Virus genome (UHGV): UHGV-0127686
Reading direction: 5' to 3' (one strand)
DNA: 39,745 nt
From: a virus
Position numbers and translations under genes: made by a program. Under the pieces are notes generated by a model that saw only the letters and a list, made by a program, of their open reading frames with translations, was not told where the DNA came from and did no database searches. This document shows, piece by piece, positions 11,711 through 22,073 of this stretch (the first letter of the stretch is position 1; every line of letters begins with the position of its first letter).

Positions 11711-12462
11711 CAGTTTACCCCATCGGTATTGCTTCCACCGCGCTGAACACCGCCATGAGTGTGCGTATCATCGATTGGCTTGCCGTTAGCCTTCACGCTA
11801 CCCAAAAACTCAACAACACCAGTGATTTTTGAAGCCACACCAGAAACAACAGACCCCACCATGCCCCCCATCCAGGTTAACAGGCCATGAATGGTTACTT
11901 TCTCAGAAAAATCAGCCAGAGGGGCAACCACATCAAGACCACCCGGAGCGACAATTTTAATTTTCCTGGTATCAGGATTAAGCTCAAAATAGGTGCTGCC
12001 ATCGTCACTACGCAACTGTGTGGCACTGGTATTAATACCGCTAATCTTCCTCGCCTGCGACTGGGGGCCTACAATACAAAACGCATCCGATAAATCATGC
12101 ATTCTGTCATCGACCGGTTCCTGTATTCCGCCGCTCTGCCACCAGAAATCAATACAACGATCGGCAAAAACGACAAGACACTCATCCCCGGCTTTAATCG
12201 GAAACGTTAGCGTACATCCTCCGCCACGTGGGAATACCACTGGAACATCCACCAACAATGGGTAATTTTTGGTAATGCGGTTGCCGTCATTATCCTTTTC
12301 AACCGAACGGATAGCAGGCTGCACAACCGCCGTCACCGCATCAGGATCGAATGACTGAATAATGCCAGGCAAGGCGACACGGATCTGATTCTTTGTTGTT
12401 TCCCGTTCAGATTTGAATGTTTCGGCAAGGTCGCCGCTGCGGGTCTGGTCAGATACTGCCAT
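11710..12462 (-). CDS. baseplate spike / assembly protein V-like
   Basis: 250 aa; VDVPVVFPRGGGC and C-terminal HTHGGVQRGGSNTDG recall gpV/gp45-type spike proteins. Confidence 0.7.
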   Translation of the reverse strand: MAVSDQTRSGDLAETFKSERETTKNQIRVALPGIIQSFDPDAVTAVVQPAIRSVEKDNDGNRITKNYPLLVDVPVVFPRGGGCTLTFPIKAGDECLVVFADRCIDFWWQSGGIQEPVDDRMHDLSDAFCIVGPQSQARKISGINTSATQLRSDDGSTYFELNPDTRKIKIVAPGGLDVVAPLADFSEKVTIHGLLTWMGGMVGSVVSGVASKITGVVEFLGSVKANGKPIDDTHTHGGVQRGGSNTDGVN

Positions 12463-12480
12463 TTAGTAGGCTCCAGAAAG

Positions 12481-12506
12481 CAAAAAACCCGCCGGGTGGC
12501 GGGTTT
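12481..12506 (-). terminator. rho-independent terminator (bidirectional hairpin) after the cargo operon
   Basis: cccgccgggtggcggg hairpin flanked by an A-run on one side and T-run on the other; overlaps the stop of the 138-aa gene. Confidence 0.65.
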
Positions 12507-12921
12507 ATGAATCGTAGGTTTTCAATTTTTCGAGTTCATCAGGAGGAAGTTCTATGAAGGTTTCCTCTGCTAATTTTATCAGCCGGGGAAGCATCGAATC
12601 AGCTTGCTGATGAGCGTTTGGGCTGATGATTGCCAATATCTGATAGTGTTCATCGATATAAAGATGCTGAGCATATACCAAAAAATTATCACATGTCCGT
12701 TCACTCAGAGATGCTTCTGGAGGCCAGGGTTTATCGCCAGGTAGCTTTAAGTGAATTTTCCTGATGTTGGCAGCCATCGCATCATAGTTACGTTCAAAAC
12801 CGCCTAACGAACCAAAACACCAGAACTGGGAACCCTTTGAAATATAATCGGCAAGCATTTGAGCATACTTATGTGCTGCAGCTAAATGACGCAATTCTCC
12901 CGTGATACTGACTTTTGCCAT
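12505..12921 (-). CDS. hypothetical protein, second gene of a two-gene cargo operon
   Basis: 138 aa, ATG start 1 nt after the upstream gene's stop; no family recognised. Confidence 0.6.
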   Translation of the reverse strand: MAKVSITGELRHLAAAHKYAQMLADYISKGSQFWCFGSLGGFERNYDAMAANIRKIHLKLPGDKPWPPEASLSERTCDNFLVYAQHLYIDEHYQILAIISPNAHQQADSMLPRLIKLAEETFIELPPDELEKLKTYDS

Positions 12922-12922
12922 G

Positions 12923-13495
12923 TCACATCCATTTAGGGGCGTTGGCTCCCAGCATCTTATGCGATGTTGAGATCAGTTCAATAGCCTCTTCACGGGTAAC
13001 ATTATCTGACAAGAGTTCAGCCTGGAAAGGCTGCGATTGCCTAACTTCAGCGGCCAACTGAGTTGCAGTGTTCTCGACGGCGGTCAACGCACGAACATAT
13101 TTGCGTTTTAATGGGCGCAACATTTGCAGATGGCCTTGCCACATAGGGGACCTTTCCGCTTCAGAGAACATATCCACTAAATGTCCTTTAGCATTTCGGC
13201 ATGCCTTGGCAAGACCTTCGAGATGGGATAAAAACTCTTCCGGAAGCTCATCAACAATGATTCTCCCATTTCGAAAAGCTTCGAGATGAGACATGCCTTC
13301 CTTCGCGGTATTTTCGATTTCTTGAGCGCGTGCAGCAATCGCGGTACAACGACGAAATACCTCTTCAGCATCTAATCGTTGTGGCAGTTCACAAGCATTA
13401 GAGATCAGGGGTTTGAAAGCACCGTTAACAGCTTCCTGAACCTGATTCATTTGTTGTGTAATTGTTGCCAGCGCAAATGCGTAGCTAATCGCCAT
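12923..13495 (-). CDS. hypothetical alpha-helical protein with Rx4H motif, first gene of the cargo operon
   Basis: 190 aa from ATG at 13495 with gagg RBS (track ORF begins with TTG at 13501); contains RNAKGH, reminiscent of a HEPN Rx4-6H motif (weak). Confidence 0.55.
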   Translation of the reverse strand: MAISYAFALATITQQMNQVQEAVNGAFKPLISNACELPQRLDAEEVFRRCTAIAARAQEIENTAKEGMSHLEAFRNGRIIVDELPEEFLSHLEGLAKACRNAKGHLVDMFSEAERSPMWQGHLQMLRPLKRKYVRALTAVENTATQLAAEVRQSQPFQAELLSDNVTREEAIELISTSHKMLGANAPKWM

Positions 13496-13663
13496 ACCCA
13501 ATCCCTCTGTCGTTTTAAACGACTATACACCACTTATTCAAAGTTAGCTGAGCGCTAAAAGTTCGCAAAGTTTAGTGATCATGCAACCACCTAGCAAGCG
13601 ATAAAAAATCATTATTTAGTGAATGTGAACAAACTCAACACTATGCAGAAATGTAACTTTTGG

Positions 13664-14017
13664 TTAACCATCAACCTTTTTACACGGGAAGGAGCCGATG
13701 ATTTTCGGTGCATCCATGCTGTTCTGCAGAAGCTGGACGTTCAGGAAACGCGTTTCGGTACCAGGGCGACGAATGAACTCGAAAGCGTAATTGTTACCGT
13801 CTTTGGCTGGCATAAGACCCATATCCGCCTTCATTCCATTACCGTTGCCGAGCGTTTTGATTTTCTGAGAGGTAACTGTCTCACCATTAATCCTGAACAA
13901 TGAATCAGGAATCAACTCTAATTTGTAGCCACCACACTGAAGCGTGATACCGCCAGGATTCGCAGCAAATGCTAACCCCGGAAGGAAACAGAGTCCGATA
14001 ACAATCCACTTTTTCAC
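13664..14017 (-). CDS. secreted small protein (signal peptide, GTG start)
   Basis: MKKWIVIGLCFLPGLAFA followed by ANPGG; GTG start overlapping the stop of the upstream tail gene with gaggt RBS; 117 aa. Confidence 0.6.
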   Translation of the reverse strand: MKKWIVIGLCFLPGLAFAANPGGITLQCGGYKLELIPDSLFRINGETVTSQKIKTLGNGNGMKADMGLMPAKDGNNYAFEFIRRPGTETRFLNVQLLQNSMDAPKIIGSFPCKKVDG

Positions 14018-15084
14018 TATCCTACCTCACGCTGTAAAGACGACGCAGAACGAAGATCCGCCGCGCCACGCGCTTCGCACATCATATCCATGTACCACGC
14101 CTGGCCCCTTGTATCGCCAGTGTACATAATCCCGCGCACAATATAAACGCCATCCGTTGCGATGCTGGCAGGTTGTGCTGTGGTGCCGCTGAGCGTGATA
14201 TTTCCGTCCGTGTTCTGGTCGGTGATCTGCCCACCAGCCATCGCAATATCATTGTTCGACAGCGCGGTGCGGTACACGGAAGCCTGATCCAGCTGAATAA
14301 GCCCGTTAACCCGGATGTTCGGATTAATAAGAGCGCGGACGTTTACACCGTTGCCGATAGTCTGCTGCGGCATGCCGATAAGCCCGGTGGCGCTGTTGAG
14401 CACAATCGCGTCGTGAACATACTCGTTATTCGCCACCATCTGGCGCTGACCGTCCACAAATTGCCATGTTGCGCCACATTGTCCGGCCACGTTATCCATA
14501 AGATGCCGTGTCATGCCGAACAGCACCCGCCCTCGAGGGAATACGGTAGCAGGCATTTCAGGCGTCAGTCCTTCGGTCGCGCCTTTGGCCTCAAAGTCTT
14601 TCATCAGCGCACGGTTCACATCTGCGACCGTGTAACCGGCCGCCAGCGTCTGCGAGGTTATACTGGTGGCAAATGCCAGATCCGTATCTGCTGCCTGAAT
14701 CAGGACATAGGAATCAATAGGGCTGTCTTTTCCTGTGACCGAGTAGCGAATTTCTCCGCTGAAAATCAGCCCGTAGTTGCGGCCATCACTCTGGCCCACA
14801 TCTGCCGCGTCGACTTCGCGCACGGTCCCGACGTCGCTTGCCGCCACCTCCGGCGCGATACCGTCGTAACCGGCAATCAGCCGCACTTTCGAAAACTCCT
14901 GCCCGGTAATTCGGTTCACAGTATCTGCCGAAAGGTTATAAATTTTGATAGTCCCTACCCGGGACGCGCTGCTGATGTTGAACCAGTCGATCGTAAAGGT
15001 GACTTTGAAATCACTTAGCTCAATTCCCTGACCGTTCCCGTCCACAAGCTGCAGCTCGAAATGTCTCATCCAGTTCTGTGACAT
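14017..15084 (-). CDS. tail/baseplate hub protein (P2 gpD-like, tentative)
   Basis: 355 aa, follows the tape measure and two small tail genes; assignment by position and size. Confidence 0.55.
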   Translation of the reverse strand: MSQNWMRHFELQLVDGNGQGIELSDFKVTFTIDWFNISSASRVGTIKIYNLSADTVNRITGQEFSKVRLIAGYDGIAPEVAASDVGTVREVDAADVGQSDGRNYGLIFSGEIRYSVTGKDSPIDSYVLIQAADTDLAFATSITSQTLAAGYTVADVNRALMKDFEAKGATEGLTPEMPATVFPRGRVLFGMTRHLMDNVAGQCGATWQFVDGQRQMVANNEYVHDAIVLNSATGLIGMPQQTIGNGVNVRALINPNIRVNGLIQLDQASVYRTALSNNDIAMAGGQITDQNTDGNITLSGTTAQPASIATDGVYIVRGIMYTGDTRGQAWYMDMMCEARGAADLRSASSLQREVG

Positions 15085-15086
15085 GC

Positions 15087-15389
15087 TTACTCCGTTGATA
15101 CCAGTAAATGACTGCGGCCACCCATATCAGTTTTCGAGGGATAATCCTGTGTGTTGTCATCGCAGACCACCACCAGCTTAAAACCAAGCCCCATACAGGC
15201 GTACTGCGCCAGCAGATCAGCGCCAGTGACGAGAGGAATACCGGAGATTACCGGCTCCCCTCTGTCGTTCTGCAGGTCCATAATCCAGTAAAGATCGCGC
15301 CATATGATGCTAATCTGCCAAGTGACACCACCCAGGACGATGCTGAACTGCTGGTTGTCCGCTGTCAGCGGAATTTCCTGAATTATCAT
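15087..15389 (-). CDS. small tail protein
   Basis: 100 aa, tightly packed between tail genes. Confidence 0.5.
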   Translation of the reverse strand: MIIQEIPLTADNQQFSIVLGGVTWQISIIWRDLYWIMDLQNDRGEPVISGIPLVTGADLLAQYACMGLGFKLVVVCDDNTQDYPSKTDMGGRSHLLVSTE

Positions 15390-15976
15390 TAGCCGCCTCC
15401 CAGTAATGACGCCACGTTACCAGTGATGCTTTTCAGCAGTGAAGTATCTGGAGGCTTTGTGGTTTTGTTGCCGCTGTTCTGTACCGCCGACGTGCTGGCC
15501 CCTTCCTTCATGTTGGTTTTATCCGCGACGGTAATCTGCTGTGTCCGGGAGATAATGACCTCCCTCAGGGTGAGGACGGCGGACAGGACGTTTTCGGTTG
15601 TCTTGTCCGTCGTCACTTCCAGCGCCCGGATCAACATGTTGCTGTACAGCCGTTTACCGGTTACCACATCGAAGGGGATACGGCTTTCCTGCAGATCCAG
15701 TAGCTCCTGATACGTCTGCTGAGGACTCAGGCCGAGCAGGCTGGTAGCCGTCAGATTACTGGCAAAATCCAGCAATGCGCCGCCACCGGCGAAACCAACC
15801 TCCATCACCACTTCTGACGGTTTTTTATAGGCATGATCAGCGACAGCGGCCCCAACCTCTACCGGATGCTCTGTTATTTCAAGCATATCTGTATGCTTCT
15901 CTGAAATAACAACACTGGGAACAATCATTCCTATTTTTCTGCTCTGCTGATGAAAAAGTGTAGAGAGAATATCCAC
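15389..15976 (-). CDS. tail protein (gpU-like, tentative)
   Basis: 195 aa immediately downstream of the tape measure gene. Confidence 0.5.
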   Translation of the reverse strand: MDILSTLFHQQSRKIGMIVPSVVISEKHTDMLEITEHPVEVGAAVADHAYKKPSEVVMEVGFAGGGALLDFASNLTATSLLGLSPQQTYQELLDLQESRIPFDVVTGKRLYSNMLIRALEVTTDKTTENVLSAVLTLREVIISRTQQITVADKTNMKEGASTSAVQNSGNKTTKPPDTSLLKSITGNVASLLGGG

Positions 15977-17964
15977 TAACCCACCCTCACCTGATTACTT
16001 CGCATGACCTGAGCATTTGCAGACTGTTGCCGACGTGCAACCTCATTACCGACAGCGTGCGGATCTCCGCCACCGTAAATGTGGTAAGTATTTTGCTGGT
16101 TAACCTCTGTCATTTTGCCACTAATTCCCGCCACGGCAGCCTTATTAATCAGCTCTCGAGAATAGATATTTCTTCCATTTTCATGCTGGATAATGCTGCT
16201 CATCAATGCTGACATGGTTTGCGGATCGCTCATATTCAGGGCAGCCCGGGGATCCACTCCCAGTCGTTGCGATACAGCCCTGATATACGCAGTTGTGTTG
16301 TTATTATCAGACGCAGGTGCCCAGGTAGAGATAATTTTCTCCACACTGTTTATTCCCCGTCCGGCGTACAGCATTAACTGACGAGCAAGAGCCCGTAATC
16401 CATCAAAAGCAGTTTCAAATCTGGCAAATCGCCCGCCCGGGCGTTCAAGAGAAGCCCCTGCCTGACCAGCAAAATTAAGGTTTCCCGGATTGTTATTCCG
16501 TTCTCCTCGTTTCGTAGCCTGTGCATATTGTTCCGGCTCATCATCACCAAACCAGCCGCGTACCGTCCGGCCCACACTGCGGGGATCGAATCCCCAGTGC
16601 TCTTTAATCCAGTCGGCAGTACTGTTAGCGCTGTCTGTAACCATCGGCATCGCTGACGGATTTTCGCTGCCCTGATTAAGTATCTGTTTGCCGATGCTGA
16701 CGGCATCAGCCCAGCGGCCATCTTTGATAGCGTTGAGCAGGTCGGCGATCATGTTCAGCATTTTGCTGAATTCGCCCATCTGGTCGATGAAGTTGCTGAA
16801 ATCCCACTTCAGGGACCATGATTTGGGGTCAATATTGAGCAGTTTCGCCAGCGCTTTCGCCAGTTCATTAACAGACCCTTTCAGGTCACGAACCATCTTC
16901 AGCGCGGCATCGACCTCCGGCTTCCACTTGCCCCAGTCAATCAGGCTGTCGCCGCCTTCCTTCCAGGTCTGATAGTCCTCCCACAGAAGGGCAATCCCCG
17001 CCGCCAGCGCGGTAATGAGGCCAATCGGCGACATCCAGAACGTACTGTTCAGAATGCGCAGCGCAATCGTCAGCGCGCCAAACAGCGAGATGAGCTCCCG
17101 CGTTTGCTTATCCAGCGATTGCCACCAGGTGATGAGGCCTGATGTTCCTTCAATCAGTCTGAAGAACAGCCGCCCGATAATATCCCCGAGCGCCAGAATG
17201 CCTTTTATGGCTTTCGTCAGGGTCAGCTCGATACGAGGGAAGTTGTCCAGGATATGGCGGCGCAGGGTGTCCAGCGAACCCGCAAGCCCACCCGCAAGAT
17301 TAGAGCCGATTTTGTCACGGGCCATGCCTGCCATCGCGCTAAACTCACGCAGGGAGGTCATAAATTTGTTGGAGCTTCTGGCCGCCTCGTCAGCATTGAA
17401 GCCGATAGCTTTCGCCATTGCGCTGTACTGCCCGGAGAAGCCACCCACACCCCGGCGCATCGCCATAAGGGTATTTTCGTCAATGCCCAGCATCTGCGCA
17501 TACTGGTTAGCCCGGTAATACGGCATGCCGCTGAGCTTCTGGCCTACACCTGTAAAAATAGCGGCCATGTCACGCATGTTACCGCTGGCATCCCGTGTCT
17601 GTACCCCCAGACGATTCAGAAATCCCTCAGCCCCGGGGCTATTACGGATAAAACGGGCAAGGCTCTCCAGTGACCCGCGCGCAGCGTCTGCACTGCCGCC
17701 AACCTGCGAAACCGCATAGCCAATAGACTGAATTCCATGGACCGTCGCGCCGGTGCGCTGTGACGCCCAGTAAAGATTATCCAGACCGGAGGCGATCTTA
17801 GCCGTGAAGGCCACCACGGACAGTGCAGTTCCTTCGACGGCCAGCCCCATTTTGATGACATTTGCAGTTGTACCGGCGAGGACAGAACCGAACTTTTTCG
17901 CTCCTGCATCATCCACACTGAAGCCAAGCGAGACGAGGAAATCTTTAATAGTTTCAGCGTTCAT
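15976..17964 (-). CDS. tail tape measure protein
   Basis: 662 aa from ATG at 17964 with ggagagagg RBS (track ORF begins with TTG); long helical, Ala/Gly-rich with hydrophobic central segments. Confidence 0.8.
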   Translation of the reverse strand: MNAETIKDFLVSLGFSVDDAGAKKFGSVLAGTTANVIKMGLAVEGTALSVVAFTAKIASGLDNLYWASQRTGATVHGIQSIGYAVSQVGGSADAARGSLESLARFIRNSPGAEGFLNRLGVQTRDASGNMRDMAAIFTGVGQKLSGMPYYRANQYAQMLGIDENTLMAMRRGVGGFSGQYSAMAKAIGFNADEAARSSNKFMTSLREFSAMAGMARDKIGSNLAGGLAGSLDTLRRHILDNFPRIELTLTKAIKGILALGDIIGRLFFRLIEGTSGLITWWQSLDKQTRELISLFGALTIALRILNSTFWMSPIGLITALAAGIALLWEDYQTWKEGGDSLIDWGKWKPEVDAALKMVRDLKGSVNELAKALAKLLNIDPKSWSLKWDFSNFIDQMGEFSKMLNMIADLLNAIKDGRWADAVSIGKQILNQGSENPSAMPMVTDSANSTADWIKEHWGFDPRSVGRTVRGWFGDDEPEQYAQATKRGERNNNPGNLNFAGQAGASLERPGGRFARFETAFDGLRALARQLMLYAGRGINSVEKIISTWAPASDNNNTTAYIRAVSQRLGVDPRAALNMSDPQTMSALMSSIIQHENGRNIYSRELINKAAVAGISGKMTEVNQQNTYHIYGGGDPHAVGNEVARRQQSANAQVMRSNQVRVG

Positions 17965-18141
17965 TATCCTCTCTCCATTTCTCAATGCGCCGCTGGTTAT
18001 CCGCTTTTACCGCCAGATGGTCATTCAAGAGAGCAATGTCGTACAAATCGACAGAGCCATCTTTAAGTGCTGTATAAGGAATTAACCCGGCGTCAACCGG
18101 ATTGAGAAGGTAGGACAGCCCGTCCGGCAGGCTGTTAAACG

Positions 18142-18594
18142 TCAGCCCTGTTGCAGGCTCTGCGTCGTGCTGGTAAGGGGTGTAGGCAAAAAATTTCCCA
18201 GCGAATCGGCGACCACCCGCGCCACCAGATGAAGCATGACCAGCAGGTCAATATCATCAAACATCAGTTCGCCCCGGGTAAATACTGGCACCCATCCGTC
18301 CATATGACGCCGCGATACCACCGCAAGACAGGGATGAATAATCGCATCGGTGTCATCTTCGGTCAGGGAAGACAGTTCCTCAGCGATACGCGGGAGCATG
18401 GTTTCAAACACCGGTTTTAACTGCTCGAATTTCACGGTGTCGATTTTGCCATCAGCAGGCAAACGGGAGCGAATGCTCCCGAAATCTGACATCATTCCTG
18501 CCAGCACCGGCAGAAGTTTGCGGGTCACTTTCAGCTGGTCAAAAACGCTGAGTTTTGCCACGCGATATTTCACGCCTTTGATTTCGAATTCCAT
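18142..18594 (-). CDS. tail assembly chaperone (tentative)
   Basis: 150 aa between tube and tape measure genes. Confidence 0.55.
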   Translation of the reverse strand: MEFEIKGVKYRVAKLSVFDQLKVTRKLLPVLAGMMSDFGSIRSRLPADGKIDTVKFEQLKPVFETMLPRIAEELSSLTEDDTDAIIHPCLAVVSRRHMDGWVPVFTRGELMFDDIDLLVMLHLVARVVADSLGNFLPTPLTSTTQSLQQG

Positions 18595-18597
18595 GTA

Positions 18598-19038
18598 TTA
18601 AAACTCCCCGAGAACCTGGTCAATCTTGCCGCAGTCAAACACCCACGGCATCGTATTACCGGTTTTAGCGTTGGCGTTATCCGGTTGTTTCTGGAACGCA
18701 ACACTGCGTGCCGTGATGATGTCGCCGCTGACCTTGTTGCGGATCACGATAACGTTATTCCCCCATGTGGCAGAAGACTGGCTCTGTGCGTTATACGCCA
18801 GCGACAATTTTTTATTTGTCGGTGATGTCTTCAGAAGGTTAACGGTAATCGTCCCGCTTTTATCTGCATGGAGACTGTGCATCACTTCGCCATCAGCACC
18901 GATGGTCATGGTGTTTTTAGGACCGCCCATCGCAACCACAATCCCCTCTTCAGAACTTGCCGAACCGTACCCGAGGTCAATCGAACCGGTCGGCCCGGTC
19001 AGCGTCGCAGTGACATCCATAAAAGAATAGGTAGACAT
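18598..19038 (-). CDS. tail tube protein
   Basis: 146 aa directly after the sheath gene. Confidence 0.65.
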   Translation of the reverse strand: MSTYSFMDVTATLTGPTGSIDLGYGSASSEEGIVVAMGGPKNTMTIGADGEVMHSLHADKSGTITVNLLKTSPTNKKLSLAYNAQSQSSATWGNNVIVIRNKVSGDIITARSVAFQKQPDNANAKTGNTMPWVFDCGKIDQVLGEF

Positions 19039-19048
19039 TCACTTCCCC

Positions 19049-20194
19049 TTAGCGAACAACGTTAATCTGTACGTCAGCGTAATGAACCGCGCCTGCAAGT
19101 TTTATTGCAGCCTGAATCACCGGAGCCTTACGGGCTTCACGTTCTGATTGTGCCTGTTCATCCAGCGGCTGGGCGTATACGTAATAACCTTTGGGCAGCG
19201 TGTCACCTGATGACAACTGACCCAGGTCGCCACCTTTCCATACGCCCGGAGCAATCAGTCCATTCTGAACGGCCTGATCCAGTGATTTTTCAACATTTGA
19301 TAACAGTCGGGTAATACCGGCTTCAGTCTGGGGAACTTTCGTGGTGCTGGTATAAAGCAGGTTATAGAGGCTGGTCTGCACATAATTCTGTAACCAGTCC
19401 AGGCCGTGGCGTTCATCAAAGAAATCGCCGTTAGCCATCACTCCCTGCTGGAGGATAGCTGTATCATTCTGGTAGTACACGAACACATTGCAGTTTTTTG
19501 CATCAAGTGCCGATGCCTGGCTGACTGTCAGTGTTTCATACCCGACCCCCGGCTCCTGCTTAAACTTGAGCGTAATCGCGGTATTACTGCCATTGAAATT
19601 AACCGTGAATGCCCGGCCAAATGCAGATAACGCAGCGTATTTATTACCCGATGAATACTGAATAAAACTGCGTGAATATCCGGCGGTTTTCAGTTTTGAT
19701 GCCAAATCATCTCTGGATGCAGTCTGCAGGCATTTCTCATCGCTTGTCGTAATCGCCAGAATACGGCTTACAGAAGAGGATTCGATCGCCGCAGCCACTT
19801 TCAGCCAGTCTGCATCCGGAATATCTTCATCGTCTGCAATCCCCAGTCCATACCATGAAGTATAATCAAGCATGGCATTCACAGCCTGCTCCAGCGTCTC
19901 AGGCGTGGCCTGTTCGCTGTCTCCCTTCGTTTTCACCCAACGACCGACAAAAACCTCCTGAGGTTTCGGTGATTGTGAGAAAAACACCTGCGCAGCTTTA
20001 TATTCTGGTGATTCCACGCCAAAATCTTTTCCAATATCTTCCGCGGCAGAATAACGACGAATGCGCTCACTTACCGGAATGATTGTGGACGGGCCGAGAA
20101 TGAGTAATGCACCAAAATTTCGCCCTGATGCTGCACGCGGCGACATGATCACATCAACATTAACAACGTTTGATACAGGCAAGCCCTGTGCCAT
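19049..20194 (-). CDS. contractile tail sheath protein
   Basis: 381 aa, first gene of the tail block; sheath-like size and composition. Confidence 0.7.
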   Translation of the reverse strand: MAQGLPVSNVVNVDVIMSPRAASGRNFGALLILGPSTIIPVSERIRRYSAAEDIGKDFGVESPEYKAAQVFFSQSPKPQEVFVGRWVKTKGDSEQATPETLEQAVNAMLDYTSWYGLGIADDEDIPDADWLKVAAAIESSSVSRILAITTSDEKCLQTASRDDLASKLKTAGYSRSFIQYSSGNKYAALSAFGRAFTVNFNGSNTAITLKFKQEPGVGYETLTVSQASALDAKNCNVFVYYQNDTAILQQGVMANGDFFDERHGLDWLQNYVQTSLYNLLYTSTTKVPQTEAGITRLLSNVEKSLDQAVQNGLIAPGVWKGGDLGQLSSGDTLPKGYYVYAQPLDEQAQSEREARKAPVIQAAIKLAGAVHYADVQINVVR

Positions 20195-20197
20195 AGC

Positions 20198-20764
20198 TTA
20201 ATCTCCGAAAAAGATGACTGGTGCTTCCACCAGCGATTTAATACCGTACTCGCGCACAACCTTCCGGCGCAGGCACACCGTCATATCGTAGCGGCGGACC
20301 CATTGCTGATTAATAAGTTCAGGGAAGGGAGTCAGACCTGTGTAATCGCCAAGAGACAGCCCCAGCGCATTCAGTGCTGCATTGTTCTGCGGCACAGATA
20401 TACCGTCACGAAACCGGGACGCATACACCATCCCCGCCGGTCCATAAAACGAAGCCATACACTCAATCGTTTCATGCCGCCAGAGCTGAGAGCCATCATC
20501 GGTCTGTCTGGTGAATGCCGGACTGTCATCACCTGACCATCCGATAACCCCAAACGCACACCAGTTCGTTTCAACCGGTAGCAGTGGCGGCTGCTCTTTC
20601 TGCCAGCGCGGGCGAACCATCCCGGCAGACAAACCGGAAACGTTACGCATCCACTGGCTTAACAGCCTGTCGAGCGCTTCGTCATAATCCGGATCGCCAC
20701 TGGTTGGTATTAACCATCCGCGCTCTGTACTGGTGTTATTGCTCAACCGGAGTTCCTCCATCAA
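20198..20764 (-). CDS. head-tail joining / tail completion protein (tentative)
   Basis: 188 aa between head and tail blocks. Confidence 0.45.
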   Translation of the reverse strand: MMEELRLSNNTSTERGWLIPTSGDPDYDEALDRLLSQWMRNVSGLSAGMVRPRWQKEQPPLLPVETNWCAFGVIGWSGDDSPAFTRQTDDGSQLWRHETIECMASFYGPAGMVYASRFRDGISVPQNNAALNALGLSLGDYTGLTPFPELINQQWVRRYDMTVCLRRKVVREYGIKSLVEAPVIFFGD

Positions 20765-21125
20765 ACGGCATCAACTCACAATGCGCCTGAACGAATCCGG
20801 CCCCATAAGCTGTATACGGGTCGACGAAGGTCACACGATAATCACGGCCCTGATACGTCACGATATCGGCATCACGGCCAGTCTGTCCCTGCGTCAGTCG
20901 CTCAGTCGTCACAATCAGAATTGCACCGCTGATTACCTGCCCTGCCTGCATACGGCGGTTTTCCAGAGAGCGATCAACAGTTACGACTCCGGCAAACTGC
21001 TTTTTAACTTCACTGTCGCTGCCGATCCCGTCCTCATCCACCGTTTGCACTCGGCGTGTTACCCACAAATTGAAGTCGCAAAAATCGGGGTCAAAAAGCA
21101 CATCTGTTACATCAAGAGTCGGCAT
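20736..21125 (-). CDS. head-tail connector / neck protein (tentative)
   Basis: 129 aa; overlapping neighbours. Confidence 0.45.
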   Translation of the reverse strand: MPTLDVTDVLFDPDFCDFNLWVTRRVQTVDEDGIGSDSEVKKQFAGVVTVDRSLENRRMQAGQVISGAILIVTTERLTQGQTGRDADIVTYQGRDYRVTFVDPYTAYGAGFVQAHCELMPFDGGTPVEQ

Positions 21126-21666
21126 CTTTATCCCTCACTACATGGGTAATAGCTCTGCGATATTGCCCGGTGTCAATTAATGGTTTCGCCAGATCGGTTC
21201 CGGGAGATTCGCCAGCAACACGCCGGGCAAGTTCCAGTGTTGCCCCCTTGCGCCCCCGACGAGCCCGGGCTTCAACAGTGCTGTCAGCAAGCGGCGTAAA
21301 GCCGGTAATAGTCATGTAACGCCTGACGCCATTAGCAGCCAGCGTTCCGGCACGGTTGAGTGCGCGTTCTGCTCCCGCAGCATTACCATCAAGAGCAGCC
21401 TGTGCCGCGGTTTTGAGCTGCGGCACCGTCTGCTCTTCTGCCGATTTAACGCCGGGGACCAGGTGAGGTCGTGGCGGGATGTTCTGCTCTGGTGAGCCGT
21501 ATTCGTTGAGGTAACCGATGCCCGCATTACCAAACGGAACATCATCCCGCCCGCTGTCTTCCGAAGGGATGCCGACCAGCACATCTTTTTTGGTTAACGA
21601 CCTGAGCGCATCCAGAATGGCCTTAGCGTTATCCACCCTCGTTGTTACACCGCTTTTGAAACTCAT
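21112..21666 (-). CDS. head completion protein (tentative)
   Basis: 184 aa, Ala/Arg-rich. Confidence 0.45.
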   Translation of the reverse strand: MSFKSGVTTRVDNAKAILDALRSLTKKDVLVGIPSEDSGRDDVPFGNAGIGYLNEYGSPEQNIPPRPHLVPGVKSAEEQTVPQLKTAAQAALDGNAAGAERALNRAGTLAANGVRRYMTITGFTPLADSTVEARARRGRKGATLELARRVAGESPGTDLAKPLIDTGQYRRAITHVVRDKDADS

Positions 21667-22073
21667 AGCTGGCGACCGCCTGCACCGAACATCGTGATCA
21701 ACTGATAAAATTCAGCGCCATATCGGGTGTTATTCCAGAAACCTGCATCAGGATTCAGCGTCGCGCTGGTGTCATAGCTGACGCTTACCTTATCCACGGA
21801 CTTTGAGGACTGAACACCATTGGTTGAACCGCCCGGACCACCAGCCAGCATCGCTCTGCTGTCTGCCGCCCAGAGCGTCATGTAGTGCGCAACGAACAAT
21901 CCGGCAAAGTACGGAAACAACTTTTTGCCGGTGACGTTTTCACTCAGCAGTTCATCGGCCAGATTCAGACGGAACCCGATTTGGGCGTCGGGATATTTTG
22001 CCGGGTCAGCAAACTGCGGGAAGTCGCGGCGAAAATCACTTACCGCTGGCAGACTTTGATTCTTTGGCATCTT
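21663..22073 (-). CDS. head-tail connector family protein (tentative)
   Basis: 136 aa from internal ATG (MPKNQSL...). Confidence 0.45.
   Translation of the reverse strand, partial: KMPKNQSLPAVSDFRRDFPQFADPAKYPDAQIGFRLNLADELLSENVTGKKLFPYFAGLFVAHYMTLWAADSRAMLAGGPGGSTNGVQSSKSVDKVSVSYDTSATLNPDAGFWNNTRYGAEFYQLITMFGAGGRQL

Noticed and set aside
14173-15018. 281-aa + strand ORF inside the tail hub gene
   Set aside because: Antisense shadow of the minus-strand gene; Cys/His/Arg-rich with no RBS, whereas the minus frame is translationally coupled to its neighbours.
17015-17673. + strand ORFs inside the tape measure gene
   Set aside because: Antisense frames; the minus-strand frame is continuous for 2 kb with phage-typical composition.
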